Positions 26,856-37,404 of a DNA stretch of 64,000 nt are shown one piece after another. How positions within the stretch are numbered: the stretch's first letter is position 1; each line of letters starts with the position of its first letter. The DNA comes from Antedon mediterranea (taxonomy: Eukaryota; Animalia; Echinodermata): positions 13,192,795 to 13,256,794 of the forward strand of contig NC_092670.1 in NCBI RefSeq assembly GCF_964355755.1. The letters run 5' to 3'. The notes beneath the pieces were generated by a model that was not told the origin of the DNA, ran no database searches, and worked only from the letters and a program-made list of their open reading frames with translations. The translations under genes and the position numbers were made by a program.

Positions 26856-29800
26856 TTAAATCTTTAACATTTTGGTACGTGAAGCCCATGCTTGTTTTAT
26901 ATAGCTTTTGCAAAACATGTCAAATATTTCATTTACTTTATTAACAATTACTGGTTGCGTCCCAGTAGGAAGGCTAGTGTCACTTCCTAGGGTTAGTTTT
27001 AGTTTTAATACTGGGTTACCTAGTAGAAAGTACAACCAGAATGTATATAGATTACTATTATATAGGTTATGCTCAAGTTTACAATATTCCGTTGAGCGTA
27101 GATCATCAAAATATTTGCATTTGAACATAAAATGTATAATGTCTTCTTTATCATTTTTACATATAGGACATGTACCATCATTATCTTCTTCCCATATAGA
27201 TTTCTTAAGGTTAAGTGCAAGTGTATTTGATCTTGCCTTAAATTTAAGACTTGCCCCTAAGAAATCTAATTTATCTAAAAGATACGGTTCTATATATGGT
27301 GTGGATTTAAGTGTGACATAATTCATCAATGAAGTTTTCTTTCTGGCTTGATCAAAAATTTGGATACCATCAATACTTTTAATTATACTTTTTGAAATGA
27401 TTACCCATTGATTGTTAGTATCTGTCGTTAATTTAAACCTGTGGCTCATTCCACACAAGTCTAGAGTGTTTTGCATATGGTTGTACCATTTCCACTTAAA
27501 TGTAGACGTATGACCAATGAATAGCATTGCACTAAAAGCCAATTTGGGCCATCGACTCATATCCATCTTTACTAAACGATTTAAGAAGTCAATTCGTTGC
27601 ATGTCTTGAATAGTTGAAATAGACTTCCAACCTAGATCACCGTACAAAGCTTCCTTACAAGTTGTACGTGGTGCTTTGAGTATTGCCTTTGCCATTTGGG
27701 TTTGTAATTTTTCAAGATTTTGAATATCACTTATACCACCACAGACATATGTAGAGCACGCATAGTTAATTGAAGGAAGACCCAGAGTCTTCCACAACAA
27801 ATCTCCATAAAACACTCTGTTATAATCATCTTGATCATTAATAATTGACTTTATATACGCTATAATTCTATATCCCTTCTTAATAACCTCTTCAATATGA
27901 CAGTGATCGGAAAGAGATCTTGTAATATGGGATCCTAAATATTTGTAACTATTAACTTCTGAAATATAATGATCACTTAATGGCCATAATCTCTGTTTGT
28001 CTGTTCTTTTTCCAGTAATTAAAACATTGGATTTCTCATAGTTGAATTTTAATTTGTAGTCATTACTAAATTTTGTAGCTAGATCAAGCATTTCTTGCAA
28101 CTCCCTTTCATCGTTAGCTAGCAGAACAACATCATCTGCCCAGAATAGACCACTTAATTGAACATTACATATTTCTATGCCCATTTTGTTTTCCCTTAGA
28201 AGTTTGGCAAATTCATTTATGTATATACAAAATAAAATAGGTGATAATGCACAACCTTGTTTAACACCTTCTTCAATTTGAATTTCGAAATATTCTGTTT
28301 CGATTTCTCCAAATTTTACTTTACAGTGAACATTATTATATATATTAAATAACATTTTCCATACATTTCCTTTAATACCAATATCCCATGCTGTGGTTAA
28401 CAATTTGTCTCTCCATACAGTATCGAAGGCCTTTCGAAAATCAAGAAAAGCCATATGTGTATTTTTACCTTCCGCCTGTCTAATTGAGGTGAAAATATGA
28501 TCATCACAGCGATGGTCTTTTCTGAATCCACCTTGGATTTCAGACAATATGTTGTTGCTTTCAAGAAACTTTGAGATATTATTAGATATAATACGCGTGA
28601 ATACCTTGGACACACATGAGTTGAGAGTTATACCTCTATAATTGTTTAAGTCATTTTTTGGACCTTTCTTGTGAACCGGGATTATTATACCTTTGTTCCA
28701 TTCATCGGGGATAGTTTGAAGTTCTAACAGGCGATTAAATAGTTGGGAGAGAGATTGGATAAGTTTATCTCCTCCAAATTTGAGAAGTTCATTAGGAATG
28801 GAATCAATGCCAGGTGCTTTGTGATTTTTACATTGGCCTAAAGCCCATTTAATATCTAACATAGAGATATATATATTGCAAAGCTGAGGGGAATTTTGAG
28901 TTCCGATATTACATTCATCACTTTTATTTCTTAGATTGTTTATTTCTTCTTTTGTTTGTTTAATTGAATAATCGTGAGTACCTAAGTTACTTAGTCCTAA
29001 TGTCTTCCAATATTGACATATTGTCTCTTTTATTTTACATTTATCTGTTGTTGTCTTATCAGAGTAAGGCAGTTTAATTGAAGTAGTTTCAACTTTTTTG
29101 CGGTTACAACCTCGTAAGTTTGTCCAAAAATTCTTACTGCTTACTCCACCGTTTTCTGAGATTTGTGCGCTTTTATCAATGCGAACTTGCATTATTTTCT
29201 TGTTGATTGCGTGTTTGACAGCTTTCCTTTTATGTTGGTAATTTTGCCATAGCTCGTTGCCATGTACTGTGTTTTTATTACTCTTCACCCAATGTCGGTG
29301 TTCTTTACTGGCAGCTTTTCTATCTTTGATCAAATGATCAATGTTTGAGTCCCACCATCGTTTGTGTTTACATTTCTTATTTTTGAATCCTATTGTTTTA
29401 TTTGCTGCTTGTAGTAATTTTGATCGCCATGAGGACCATAGCATATTTGGGCAGTCAAATTCATTGGCGTTCCATTCTTCAAAAGTATCTTTTAATTCTT
29501 TTTGGTAATTGGACCAGTCTTGATGTGGTAAAATATTCCAAATATTTGTGGAGTTTTTATTCTTTTTCTTTTTATTTAATTGACCAAAGCTTTGTTTAAA
29601 ATTTGTTATTAATGTATTGTGATCACTGCCTAAATGAAAGCGGTGGTCTTCATCCACAATAAATGTTTCTACATATTCTATTAGGTCGTCTGAGGTTAAC
29701 ATATAATCAATGGTTGAGGATTGATTATTCCTCATCCATGTTGTCTTTCCGTGGCATAGTTTTGTACAGTTGAGAACTGTAAGTGCCGAATTTTCACAAA

Positions 29801-30551
29801 AATTAAGAAAACGTTTGCCATTCGTATTAAGAACAGGGTCTCCATATGGGATTGCATTACCAATTCTGGCGTTAAAGTCTCCCATAATTAAAATGTGTGC
29901 AGCTTTTTCATTTTCAATTTGTAAAATTTCTGATAGGAGTTGATTATATAATTCATCAGAGAGACAAGCATCAGTTCCTTCGACAGGAAAGTAAGCTACT
30001 GCTATATATATAATATTATTGTTTAACTTAACTTTTATCCATAGTCTTTCATAATCATCGTGCGGGTCAAAATAATTATCATCCATGATTGTAATCGCCT
30101 CCGATATTAGAAAACCTATTCCACCCCCATTTTTAGATTTTCTATTTTTGCCAATCCATTTATAGCTGTTAATGTCAATTGTTTGATCATTTTGTAGAAA
30201 TGTTTCAGCTAAACCTAATATTTGGATACTATTGTCTTTTAAGAAATGATCAATCTCATAGATCTTAGATTTTACCCTGTTTACGTTATTAAATGCAATC
30301 TTAATGTTAGAACATTCATTATTCTTATCATTACGACTTTTCTTTTTACCACGTCTATGTCTTTTACTTGATTTAACTTTTTCATTACTTTGGTTTATAA
30401 CAGAACTTTCTCTTGAGATATTACACTTATGTTCATTGTTATATTCATTACTAAGCAAAAAATACCTGTTTTGTTGTTGACTTGTCCAGTCAGTACTACC
30501 GGTTAAGGAAATATGTCCCTTATAACCGGCTCTTTCTTCATGGCCATGTTC
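26856..30551 (-). CDS. LINE ORF2: APE endonuclease, RT, C-terminal CCHC zinc finger
   Basis: Motifs NNVN, LAETFL, MGDFNA, IDY, SDH, NYRGITL, FLDFRKAFDTV, GVKQGCALSP, FWADD, CPIC..HFMFKC. The frame is open back to the ORF1 stop. Confidence 0.95.
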   Translation of the reverse strand, partial: EHGHEERAGYKGHISLTGSTDWTSQQQNRYFLLSNEYNNEHKCNISRESSVINQSNEKVKSSKRHRRGKKKSRNDKNNECSNIKIAFNNVNRVKSKIYEIDHFLKDNSIQILGLAETFLQNDQTIDINSYKWIGKNRKSKNGGGIGFLISEAITIMDDNYFDPHDDYERLWIKVKLNNNIIYIAVAYFPVEGTDACLSDELYNQLLSEILQIENEKAAHILIMGDFNARIGNAIPYGDPVLNTNGKRFLNFCENSALTVLNCTKLCHGKTTWMRNNQSSTIDYMLTSDDLIEYVETFIVDEDHRFHLGSDHNTLITNFKQSFGQLNKKKKNKNSTNIWNILPHQDWSNYQKELKDTFEEWNANEFDCPNMLWSSWRSKLLQAANKTIGFKNKKCKHKRWWDSNIDHLIKDRKAASKEHRHWVKSNKNTVHGNELWQNYQHKRKAVKHAINKKIMQVRIDKSAQISENGGVSSKNFWTNLRGCNRKKVETTSIKLPYSDKTTTDKCKIKETICQYWKTLGLSNLGTHDYSIKQTKEEINNLRNKSDECNIGTQNSPQLCNIYISMLDIKWALGQCKNHKAPGIDSIPNELLKFGGDKLIQSLSQLFNRLLELQTIPDEWNKGIIIPVHKKGPKNDLNNYRGITLNSCVSKVFTRIISNNISKFLESNNILSEIQGGFRKDHRCDDHIFTSIRQAEGKNTHMAFLDFRKAFDTVWRDKLLTTAWDIGIKGNVWKMLFNIYNNVHCKVKFGEIETEYFEIQIEEGVKQGCALSPILFCIYINEFAKLLRENKMGIEICNVQLSGLFWADDVVLLANDERELQEMLDLATKFSNDYKLKFNYEKSNVLITGKRTDKQRLWPLSDHYISEVNSYKYLGSHITRSLSDHCHIEEVIKKGYRIIAYIKSIINDQDDYNRVFYGDLLWKTLGLPSINYACSTYVCGGISDIQNLEKLQTQMAKAILKAPRTTCKEALYGDLGWKSISTIQDMQRIDFLNRLVKMDMSRWPKLAFSAMLFIGHTSTFKWKWYNHMQNTLDLCGMSHRFKLTTDTNNQWVIISKSIIKSIDGIQIFDQARKKTSLMNYVTLKSTPYIEPYLLDKLDFLGASLKFKARSNTLALNLKKSIWEEDNDGTCPICKNDKEDIIHFMFKCKYFDDLRSTEYCKLEHNLYNSNLYTFWLYFLLGNPVLKLKLTLGSDTSLPTGTQPVIVNKVNEIFDMFCKSYIKQAWASRTKMLKI

Positions 30552-32072
30552 CTAGCATTCGGATGGGCAAATTACCGACTTATGGCCTAACAAACCACAT
30601 GAGTAACACTTAATATGTTGACCATGTCTACAGTTCTTTTTGACATGATTGTGTTCACCACAGAAGTGACATCCGGCACGTTGACTTTGTCTGTTGTTAG
30701 ATCCTTTCGCTTGGTTGTTTCTCCGTTTAGATTCAAATGTATGCGAATTCCTTCTTTTGGGTGACGGTTTGCCGCGTGTTGACTGTCCGTTATGTAATCG
30801 ATTCTGTTTGCGAATAATTGGGTGGTGCCTATTGATGTTGCGTAGAAGGTGTCTTGTGCCGCTCGTTGACAGGTGTAGTCCATATCTATCAAGTGTTGAT
30901 GTGTCTACTGAATTGTCCTGCTGTTTGAAGTTTTCGTCATTTTCAACTAATATGCATCCATTTGTGTCGGCCAGTGATCTTAGTTTTGTGTTAAGTTTGT
31001 CCACAAGTTTCTGGTGGCCTGGGTGGTCAGTACGTGGTAATACTGTCGAAAGAATGACAAGTGAGTTTGGTGAGCGTCCATTAAGATCGGATACGATTTC
31101 CTCATATTTACCTTCTGCTATTTCTTCATCGGCTTCAGAAGTGCAGTCATTTGTGCTTCCATGAATTATAATCGTTGAGAATGTGTCAACAGGTAGTTCG
31201 TCTAATCTTTTCTTAATATCATTGACTCTTTTGCCGCGTAGGCACTCGATCGTTGTGTTTTCCAAACCATTTTTATTTACATCTCGAAGTATGGAATCGC
31301 TTATTAGAAGTGTTGGTGCTGATTGTTTATTTGCTACATTGTCATTCTGATTTGTTGCAAAGACATCTTGTTTATTCGTTTCCTGTCGATTGTTAGGTTT
31401 ATCCTGTCCCTGGTTACATGAAAGCATATTTAGTTTGTTGATCAACTCCTCGTTTTTACTTTCAAGGCTTTTAATTTTCGTTGTTTGTTCAGTTAATAGT
31501 ATATCTTGGTCTAAGGACTTGTTCAGGACTGTGTTTAGTTTTGCAGTTAGCTCTTTAATGCAGGCTGGTAGGCGGTGGCATGATAAGCAGAACCATATAG
31601 TTGGTTTCTTTCCTTTCATTCCAATACATGAACGGTGATATAATTGGTTGCACAGATTGCATTCAATCGCTGATGCTGTATCAGATTTTGTTTGCTTACA
31701 AGCATCTAAGAGGCATTGTACTATTCTCGTCGAGGAGATTGGCTCAGGATCATTTGTATTTTTAGATTTATTGGCGTTTCCTTTTGACAGATTTGTTTTT
31801 TCTGTAGAGGTATTATCCTGAAGTGCAGAGATGCGTTTAATGGAGTGATCACGAAGCTGGTTTGCAATCTGAAAGCTGTGATTTGCGATTGCTGTTGGGT
31901 CAGTATTTGGAAGTAGTACTGTCAGCTCATCACGTAAATTTGGTAGCATACTGATTGTATCAAATTTAATGAGTTCTTGGAGAGTCATCCTATCTAGCAA
32001 TCTAATATGGGTTTCGGTGACAGCAGTGCATGTGTCGTTTAATTGTGTAAGATCATCTTGTGCACAAGCCAT
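30552..32072 (-). CDS. LINE ORF1 (506 aa from first ATG): PHD finger, coiled coil, SGNH esterase-like domain, two CCHC knuckles
   Basis: IECNLC..YHRSC..WFCLSC. Esterase blocks ISDS, GSTND, GLHL. Knuckles CHFCGEHNHVKKNC and CYSCGLLGHKSVIC. Confidence 0.92.
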   Translation of the reverse strand: MACAQDDLTQLNDTCTAVTETHIRLLDRMTLQELIKFDTISMLPNLRDELTVLLPNTDPTAIANHSFQIANQLRDHSIKRISALQDNTSTEKTNLSKGNANKSKNTNDPEPISSTRIVQCLLDACKQTKSDTASAIECNLCNQLYHRSCIGMKGKKPTIWFCLSCHRLPACIKELTAKLNTVLNKSLDQDILLTEQTTKIKSLESKNEELINKLNMLSCNQGQDKPNNRQETNKQDVFATNQNDNVANKQSAPTLLISDSILRDVNKNGLENTTIECLRGKRVNDIKKRLDELPVDTFSTIIIHGSTNDCTSEADEEIAEGKYEEIVSDLNGRSPNSLVILSTVLPRTDHPGHQKLVDKLNTKLRSLADTNGCILVENDENFKQQDNSVDTSTLDRYGLHLSTSGTRHLLRNINRHHPIIRKQNRLHNGQSTRGKPSPKRRNSHTFESKRRNNQAKGSNNRQSQRAGCHFCGEHNHVKKNCRHGQHIKCYSCGLLGHKSVICPSEC

Positions 32073-32669
32073 ATCTATATATAAATTTACGTAAGGGCAA
32101 AATTCGATAAATCGCGGTTTATTTCTAGAATTTTTACTCGATGGTATATAAAGTTGGTTCGTACTTTCGGTACTGATTTTAACCACCTGATGTAACCCTG
32201 TTTACTAATTAAATTGAGTTAGATAATTAGTTATTGACGATTAAAACGAATTTAGGTTCAACGATTTGCCCCAAATAGGGGTGTTTTCCGATCGTGGTAT
32301 ACACTGTCTAATGGATGTCCAACTTGAAAAATACCCGCACACAATAATACTAGGACGCTTCGCATTTTCCTATCTCCTCCTACGATAATTGTTTTTAATA
32401 GCTGAAAACCGGTTGAACTGCCCAATTACAGCATCATAATGTTGAAGACAGGCCGATTTTCTTTAAAAAATACTATTTTGATAGATTTAATTTACGTTTT
32501 TCAAATGTATTGATTTGCGATGAATGGAACATTCCAATCTCTCAGTCTGCCAGTTTGGTTTAACACAAGTTGGTAAATTTATGAGCCCTTGGAGAATAAA
32601 CTTGCAATACTTTTGACAATACAGTACTGCAAATACCTATTAACCATTTTTGGTCGTCATTTGAATCGA

Positions 32670-32762
32670 ACATTTCTTACTGTGAATACTGTTAGATGTA
32701 AAAAAATATATACAAACATTTCTTACTGTGAATACTGTTAGATGTAAAAAAATATATACAAA
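32670..32762. repeat. Perfect tandem duplication, unit about 46 bp
   Basis: ACATTTCTTACTGTGAATACTGTTAGATGTAAAAAAATATATACAA twice, followed by degenerate copies to about 32843. Confidence 0.85.
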
Positions 32763-32964
32763 TAAACTTTATTACTGTGATTATGGGTAGGCTCTACTGT
32801 TAGATATATAAACACGTAATATACAAATAAACTTTATTACTGACAGTTGCTTCTCAACGTTTGCATTAATTAATAATTACAAAAAAATATAAACGTCGTA
32901 GTGGTGTATCGTTACATGTACTTTACTATTTCAATCGACTATGACAGTGACAGTTTTAACAAAC

Positions 32965-33129
32965 TTTTTATTTTGTATTTATGTTTTGTTGGGTCTTTAT
33001 GAGACAGGCCTTGGCCTCTAAGTCTGATCCAAATTAATGAAATCATTATTTGTTTATATTGTTTACATTGTTTAAGTTTTCATTAATTGAATAAATGTGA
33101 AATGAAATGAAAAATGAAATGAAAAAAAA
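32965..33129 (+). mobile_element. Short 3' end of a LINE or SINE
   Basis: Hairpin-like 3' UTR followed by AATAAA and a (TGAAA)n / A tail at 33090-33129. Confidence 0.55.
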
Positions 33130-33957
33130 GTATTAAATCGCAAATGTTTTACTATATTTAGTCACCGTTAGTGGTATATTATTTATAGGCCTATAAAAAA
33201 TGAAAACAATATTTCGTTACTGACGTGGATAAAGAATATATTTAAAAATTGTTCCTCTTTGTACCTATCCTCTTTCCCATCCCTCAACCCTAATTGGGTT
33301 TCTTTAAATGAATAAACAATTTGGACTCATTTTGTGGTAAGTTTCTCTTTCGGAAGTAATTCCCAGGGTGCTAATTTTGGTTGACTACATAAATCATTGT
33401 GTCTACTTATTCGTTTCTGTAAACGGCAATGTATTATAGTCCTGCGGTACGTGCATTTAAAATCGCCAGATTTTTTACCCTGAAATTACTGTGTATTCAA
33501 GAACCATCTGTGGGCACGACCTAGATGGTAAGCGAGCGTACCATCTAGTTTAATTAATTGTATTAACCTGTTTTAAGCCAGTAAATGTTCCTTCGTATTA
33601 ACAACAAAACATAGGCTAAAGTGAATGCCTTAGCTTCCTGTTACTTGAGATAATAGAACAATGTCATGAAACAATGCTTAGCTTTATTAACCCAGTCTCC
33701 AAGACAAAACGAATTACTGGTGGGTGTCAAATAGGGCTTTGTTCCCTGTATATATTGTCTCAAATGTTGGGCTAGATTTGCAATTAGAGCCTAGGATTTA
33801 ACAGTCAAAATCAGAATATCTGGTATGTCGAACCTGGCACAATTTTATATACAGTGAAAGAGCACTCTGTCCTCTAGGTGATGTATAAATCTTGATTAAA
33901 TGAACTGATTATACTTACTATTTGTTCCATTTAATTGTTAACACGATATGTTTGCAG

Positions 33958-33981
33958 CTGCGACCACGTCCATTAAAAATG
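33958..33981 (+). CDS. Candidate 24-nt micro-exon
   Basis: TTTGCAG acceptor and GTAATT donor. Symmetric length, open in phase 0 (LRPRPLKM) and phase 1. Confidence 0.35.
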
Positions 33982-34303
33982 GTAATTTTCTTGTTAATTT
34001 TTTTAATGATATTAATAAATCATTTTATTAAGCAATTTATATTTCTATAATCTGGTGGCCATATTATATACTAAATTAATTTTTTAACTTACTTTGGCCA
34101 ACATACACACACCAATGCTTTTCTCATGGTGATTTCTGTAATGTTACCATATCTTGTGATTATATTTGTGTGGTGTAAATAATAAACAAACAAATCTTAA
34201 GTATATTTTTTTTTTTTGTGGGCTTGTCCCACTTTTATTGTCATAAATATATCCTCTTACTCTTACTTACTCATTCATTATCTATTAAAATTATTTTTTT
34301 TAG

Positions 34304-34419
34304 ATCAAGCGCATAACAATGACGATGGAAATCTATGCACTCAATCAACAGTTTACAGGACAATCAGATTTGAAAAAAGGTTTAATATTTATATTAAATT
34401 TATGTAGTCAAACAGTGTT
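34304..34419 (+). CDS. Candidate exon whose donor site is split by a transposon
   Basis: Strong T-tract plus TAG acceptor. Open in phase 0 (IKRITMTMEIYALNQQ...NLCSQTV). Removing the 34423-42405 insertion restores a GTATGT donor. Confidence 0.45.
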
Positions 34420-35606
34420 GTACCCTTTGCAAAAAAGCCGTATACGATCCGTATACGCTGAAAACGTATATGACGTATACGATTTCACTGTTTACATTAT
34501 TTCCACTCTGTTGCTCCACAAAGAGTTGGCGTAGTATACGTTTAGCATACGTAACTTACTAACGTATACGTTGTTTATTCATGATAAGAATATTGTATAC
34601 GGGACGTATACGAATCATATACGAACAAACTAAGGCCATTTTATAAATTACAATAGTAGTATTGTAAGAATAGAGCTAAATAAAACATTTAACAACAACA
34701 AATACGTACGTAGGCTCTGGCCTAGGCCTAGCTAGCACCAGCCATTAGATAGGCCTAGTCTTAATATGAGCTAGTACATAAGATCATATTTATTTCTATA
34801 TTTATTAGATAGCCTAGGCTACCGATAAAATTCAAACAACGACGTAGGCCTAGAAAAAACAAGGGGCCATTTTCACAAATCGACGATGTTGTTTGCAGTT
34901 TTCCTTTATAAAATATGACAGAGGTCAGTAAGTGCAGCCGCCGACGACGACCGAGCGTCGCTTGGTTGCCTACAGTTCCAACTCGTGGTCGACTCGGCTC
35001 CCTGGTGGCCAATCATGCATATCATCGGGTGAATCATTGGGTTCGTCATTCTTAATTCGTCACGCCACGTGCGAGCTTTGGGTGGTCAAATTACATCGTT
35101 ATGTTAAGCGATATTATTCTGCGACATGTGTTGTAGCAATGGAGATGGAGTAACAATAATTCGGCAAATAATGCCGAAGAGGAAAACCATGACCCAAAAC
35201 AGAAGTGGGGTCATTGTATAATAATAATAATTATTATTTAACGATGAATACATTCAGATTTTGAATATGAAGTCGATCACTTCCGCCGAGGGAAGAAAAA
35301 AAAACACAATTAGTGGTGATAGTAAATACAATTATATTGAATCTCAATTTATTCCCGGTAGCGAACAGATTGAATTGCTTTCATTTATCTCAGCGGTATT
35401 TCTGCTTGGTGATTAAGAAATCATAAAACATATCTTTCTTTATTTTCATGGTATTCCAATATGTTTAAAAAATAACTACCCTCAACTTTAAATAGGTATC
35501 CCAATGAAGCGGATTTTCGTTATGGCGATTTTAACACGTTCGTGAAATTTCAAAAAGTGACATGTCTTTGAAGTTAAAAATATACTATTTCTTATGTAGC
35601 CATGTG

Positions 35607-36715
35607 CAGGGCTCGATTTAGTGCTAGCCCGGCGTACAATGGCTAGTAAAAACAGCTCCGGGCTACCTAAAGTATCTTCCTTTAAGCCCGGATGGCTAGT
35701 AGGTTGTGGGAACTCGAAATTGGGACGAAATGACCTCATAAAAATAACTCCAGCATAAAAGACATATGTCTTGGCAACATCAGCAAAAAAACCACTCGCG
35801 CGCTGCTGTGGCCATAACAAGTGATGATGTAGGCGGAGCCTCTCATAATCAAGCAAATTTTCCGAATTATGATTGGCCATTTATGTTTTTGTCACCCAGG
35901 TTATTATGAAGTAGGCGGAGCTTCATTATCAGGTCAAACGTGTCACAAAAATATGACCATAAATAACGAACTGTGATTGGCCAAATGTAGTAGAATTTTT
36001 TCAATGTTAAAAATAACTTGTCTAGTCTTGTCAGCAGGCCTGGTTTTGTCACAGATCAAAGCTAGGGATATTTTGTAGGGCCGGGTGGCTGGCTCTATCC
36101 CTGTAGGTAGGCCATGGAGGCCATATTTTATAATATGCGTAGGCCTAGATAGAATCAAAAGCCATCGTTTGCCATCGTGATGGCTGCTCAGCAGCTGGGC
36201 CTAGCTAGATACTACCATTTTGGTAACAGTTGAGTAGGCCAGGTGCTCCAATGCGATCTAGGTAGGCCTAGGTCTATCCTAGCTACCCTACTATTAATAA
36301 TAGGCTCTAGGCTAGGCCTAGCCTAAGGTAGACAGAATCGAATTAGTTTTCTTGGCTAGGTTGAAGCCCAACAACAAAAAGACCTCAATAAATCGATTCT
36401 GTGGTGAGCATGAAATAGACTATATGCGTCGCGACGCAAAGTTAATTTTTATAATGTGAACAATAAAGAAATACAATTTTGTGTAATTTTTCATGCAATA
36501 ATAGTTTAATACAGTATGATGAATGTGTAGCAATTCTCGAGCGTTTAGATTAGTGCGCCCTCTATTGTACAAAATGCCTGAATTCATTTATATGGCGGCC
36601 CTGCTATCACGGTGCAATAATAAGAGTGGGCTAGTAAAATAATGTATGGGCTAGTGAAATCTACAGTGAACTAGCCCAGTGGGCTAGCAACATGAAAAAG
36701 ATAAATCGAGCCCTG
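35607..36715. mobile_element. hAT-like MITE with 5-bp TSD
   Basis: TIR CAGGGCTCGATTTA / TAAATCGAGCCCTG. ATGTG duplicated at 35602-35606 and 36716-36720. Subterminal GGGCTAG motifs. Confidence 0.85.
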
Positions 36716-37404
36716 ATGTGAATAAAATTTATATGTCTAGAAAGATCTTGTTTAAGATTTTATTTATATACATTTTTAATCTATGTTTATTAAATATTTT
36801 AATAGAAAATGCGAGTTAAAAAGGAGGTACAAAAGCCGGCGAGCCGAAATCCCCGCGCTAAAAATAACTTCGGAAAACACCTACCCATTTTCAAAACACG
36901 ATCGCTCGGCGACCATAATAGGTGGTGGAGTAATTTTTGTTGCATGTTATCAGGCTTTCAATACTCTTTATTTTGATATGTAAATCGGTTATTATTATTA
37001 TGTACATCCGCCTCAAATGTCAATTTTTCCGATAAAAATTTCAATTTTTGAGTCTTTCTCATTATCAAAATCTGGGGAATTTAGTATTGAATTGAAGCTA
37101 ATTTATATTTCTGTTTGATAAACTACATTGTTTTATTTGTCTTTGCGTGGTCGTCATGTGAAGAGGCCAACACAAGACCAACCACTTAAAAAAATAATCC
37201 CTATTTACCATTTTCCTTGCAGGGGGGGGGGGGGGGGAGGAATCAGTTCTCAGCTTATTACTAAATTACCGTCGCCCAGGCAATTTGCATGGTATGCATG
37301 TATTAGCGCGTTAAATTATGATTGGATAACCCCGCAGTGGACTGTTCCATTTTCGGAACTAGTCTTTCCTGCACACGAGGCATGGCGAAGAATGTCGCTT
37401 CTCA

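Larger units (their letters stand above)
26140..32320 (-). mobile_element. Full-length two-ORF LINE, RTEX-like
   Basis: ORF1 plus ORF2, and an AT-rich 3' UTR of about 700 bp with internal duplications ending in a (TTGA)n tail at 26140-26160. The 5' end is approximate and no clean TSD was found. Clade is inferred from the esterase ORF1, WADD and the C-terminal CCHC. Confidence 0.85.

Noticed and set aside
20591-31638. Antisense and alternative-frame ORFs over the two LINEs (for example 20591-20809, 26908-27321, 30694-31164)
   Set aside because: They are shadows of real coding frames and show no motifs.
26125-32325. TSD for the RTEX-like LINE (AATGATGTTTAAAC vs AATGGATGTCCAAC)
   Set aside because: Too many mismatches for an element with open ORFs, so the 5' boundary is left approximate.
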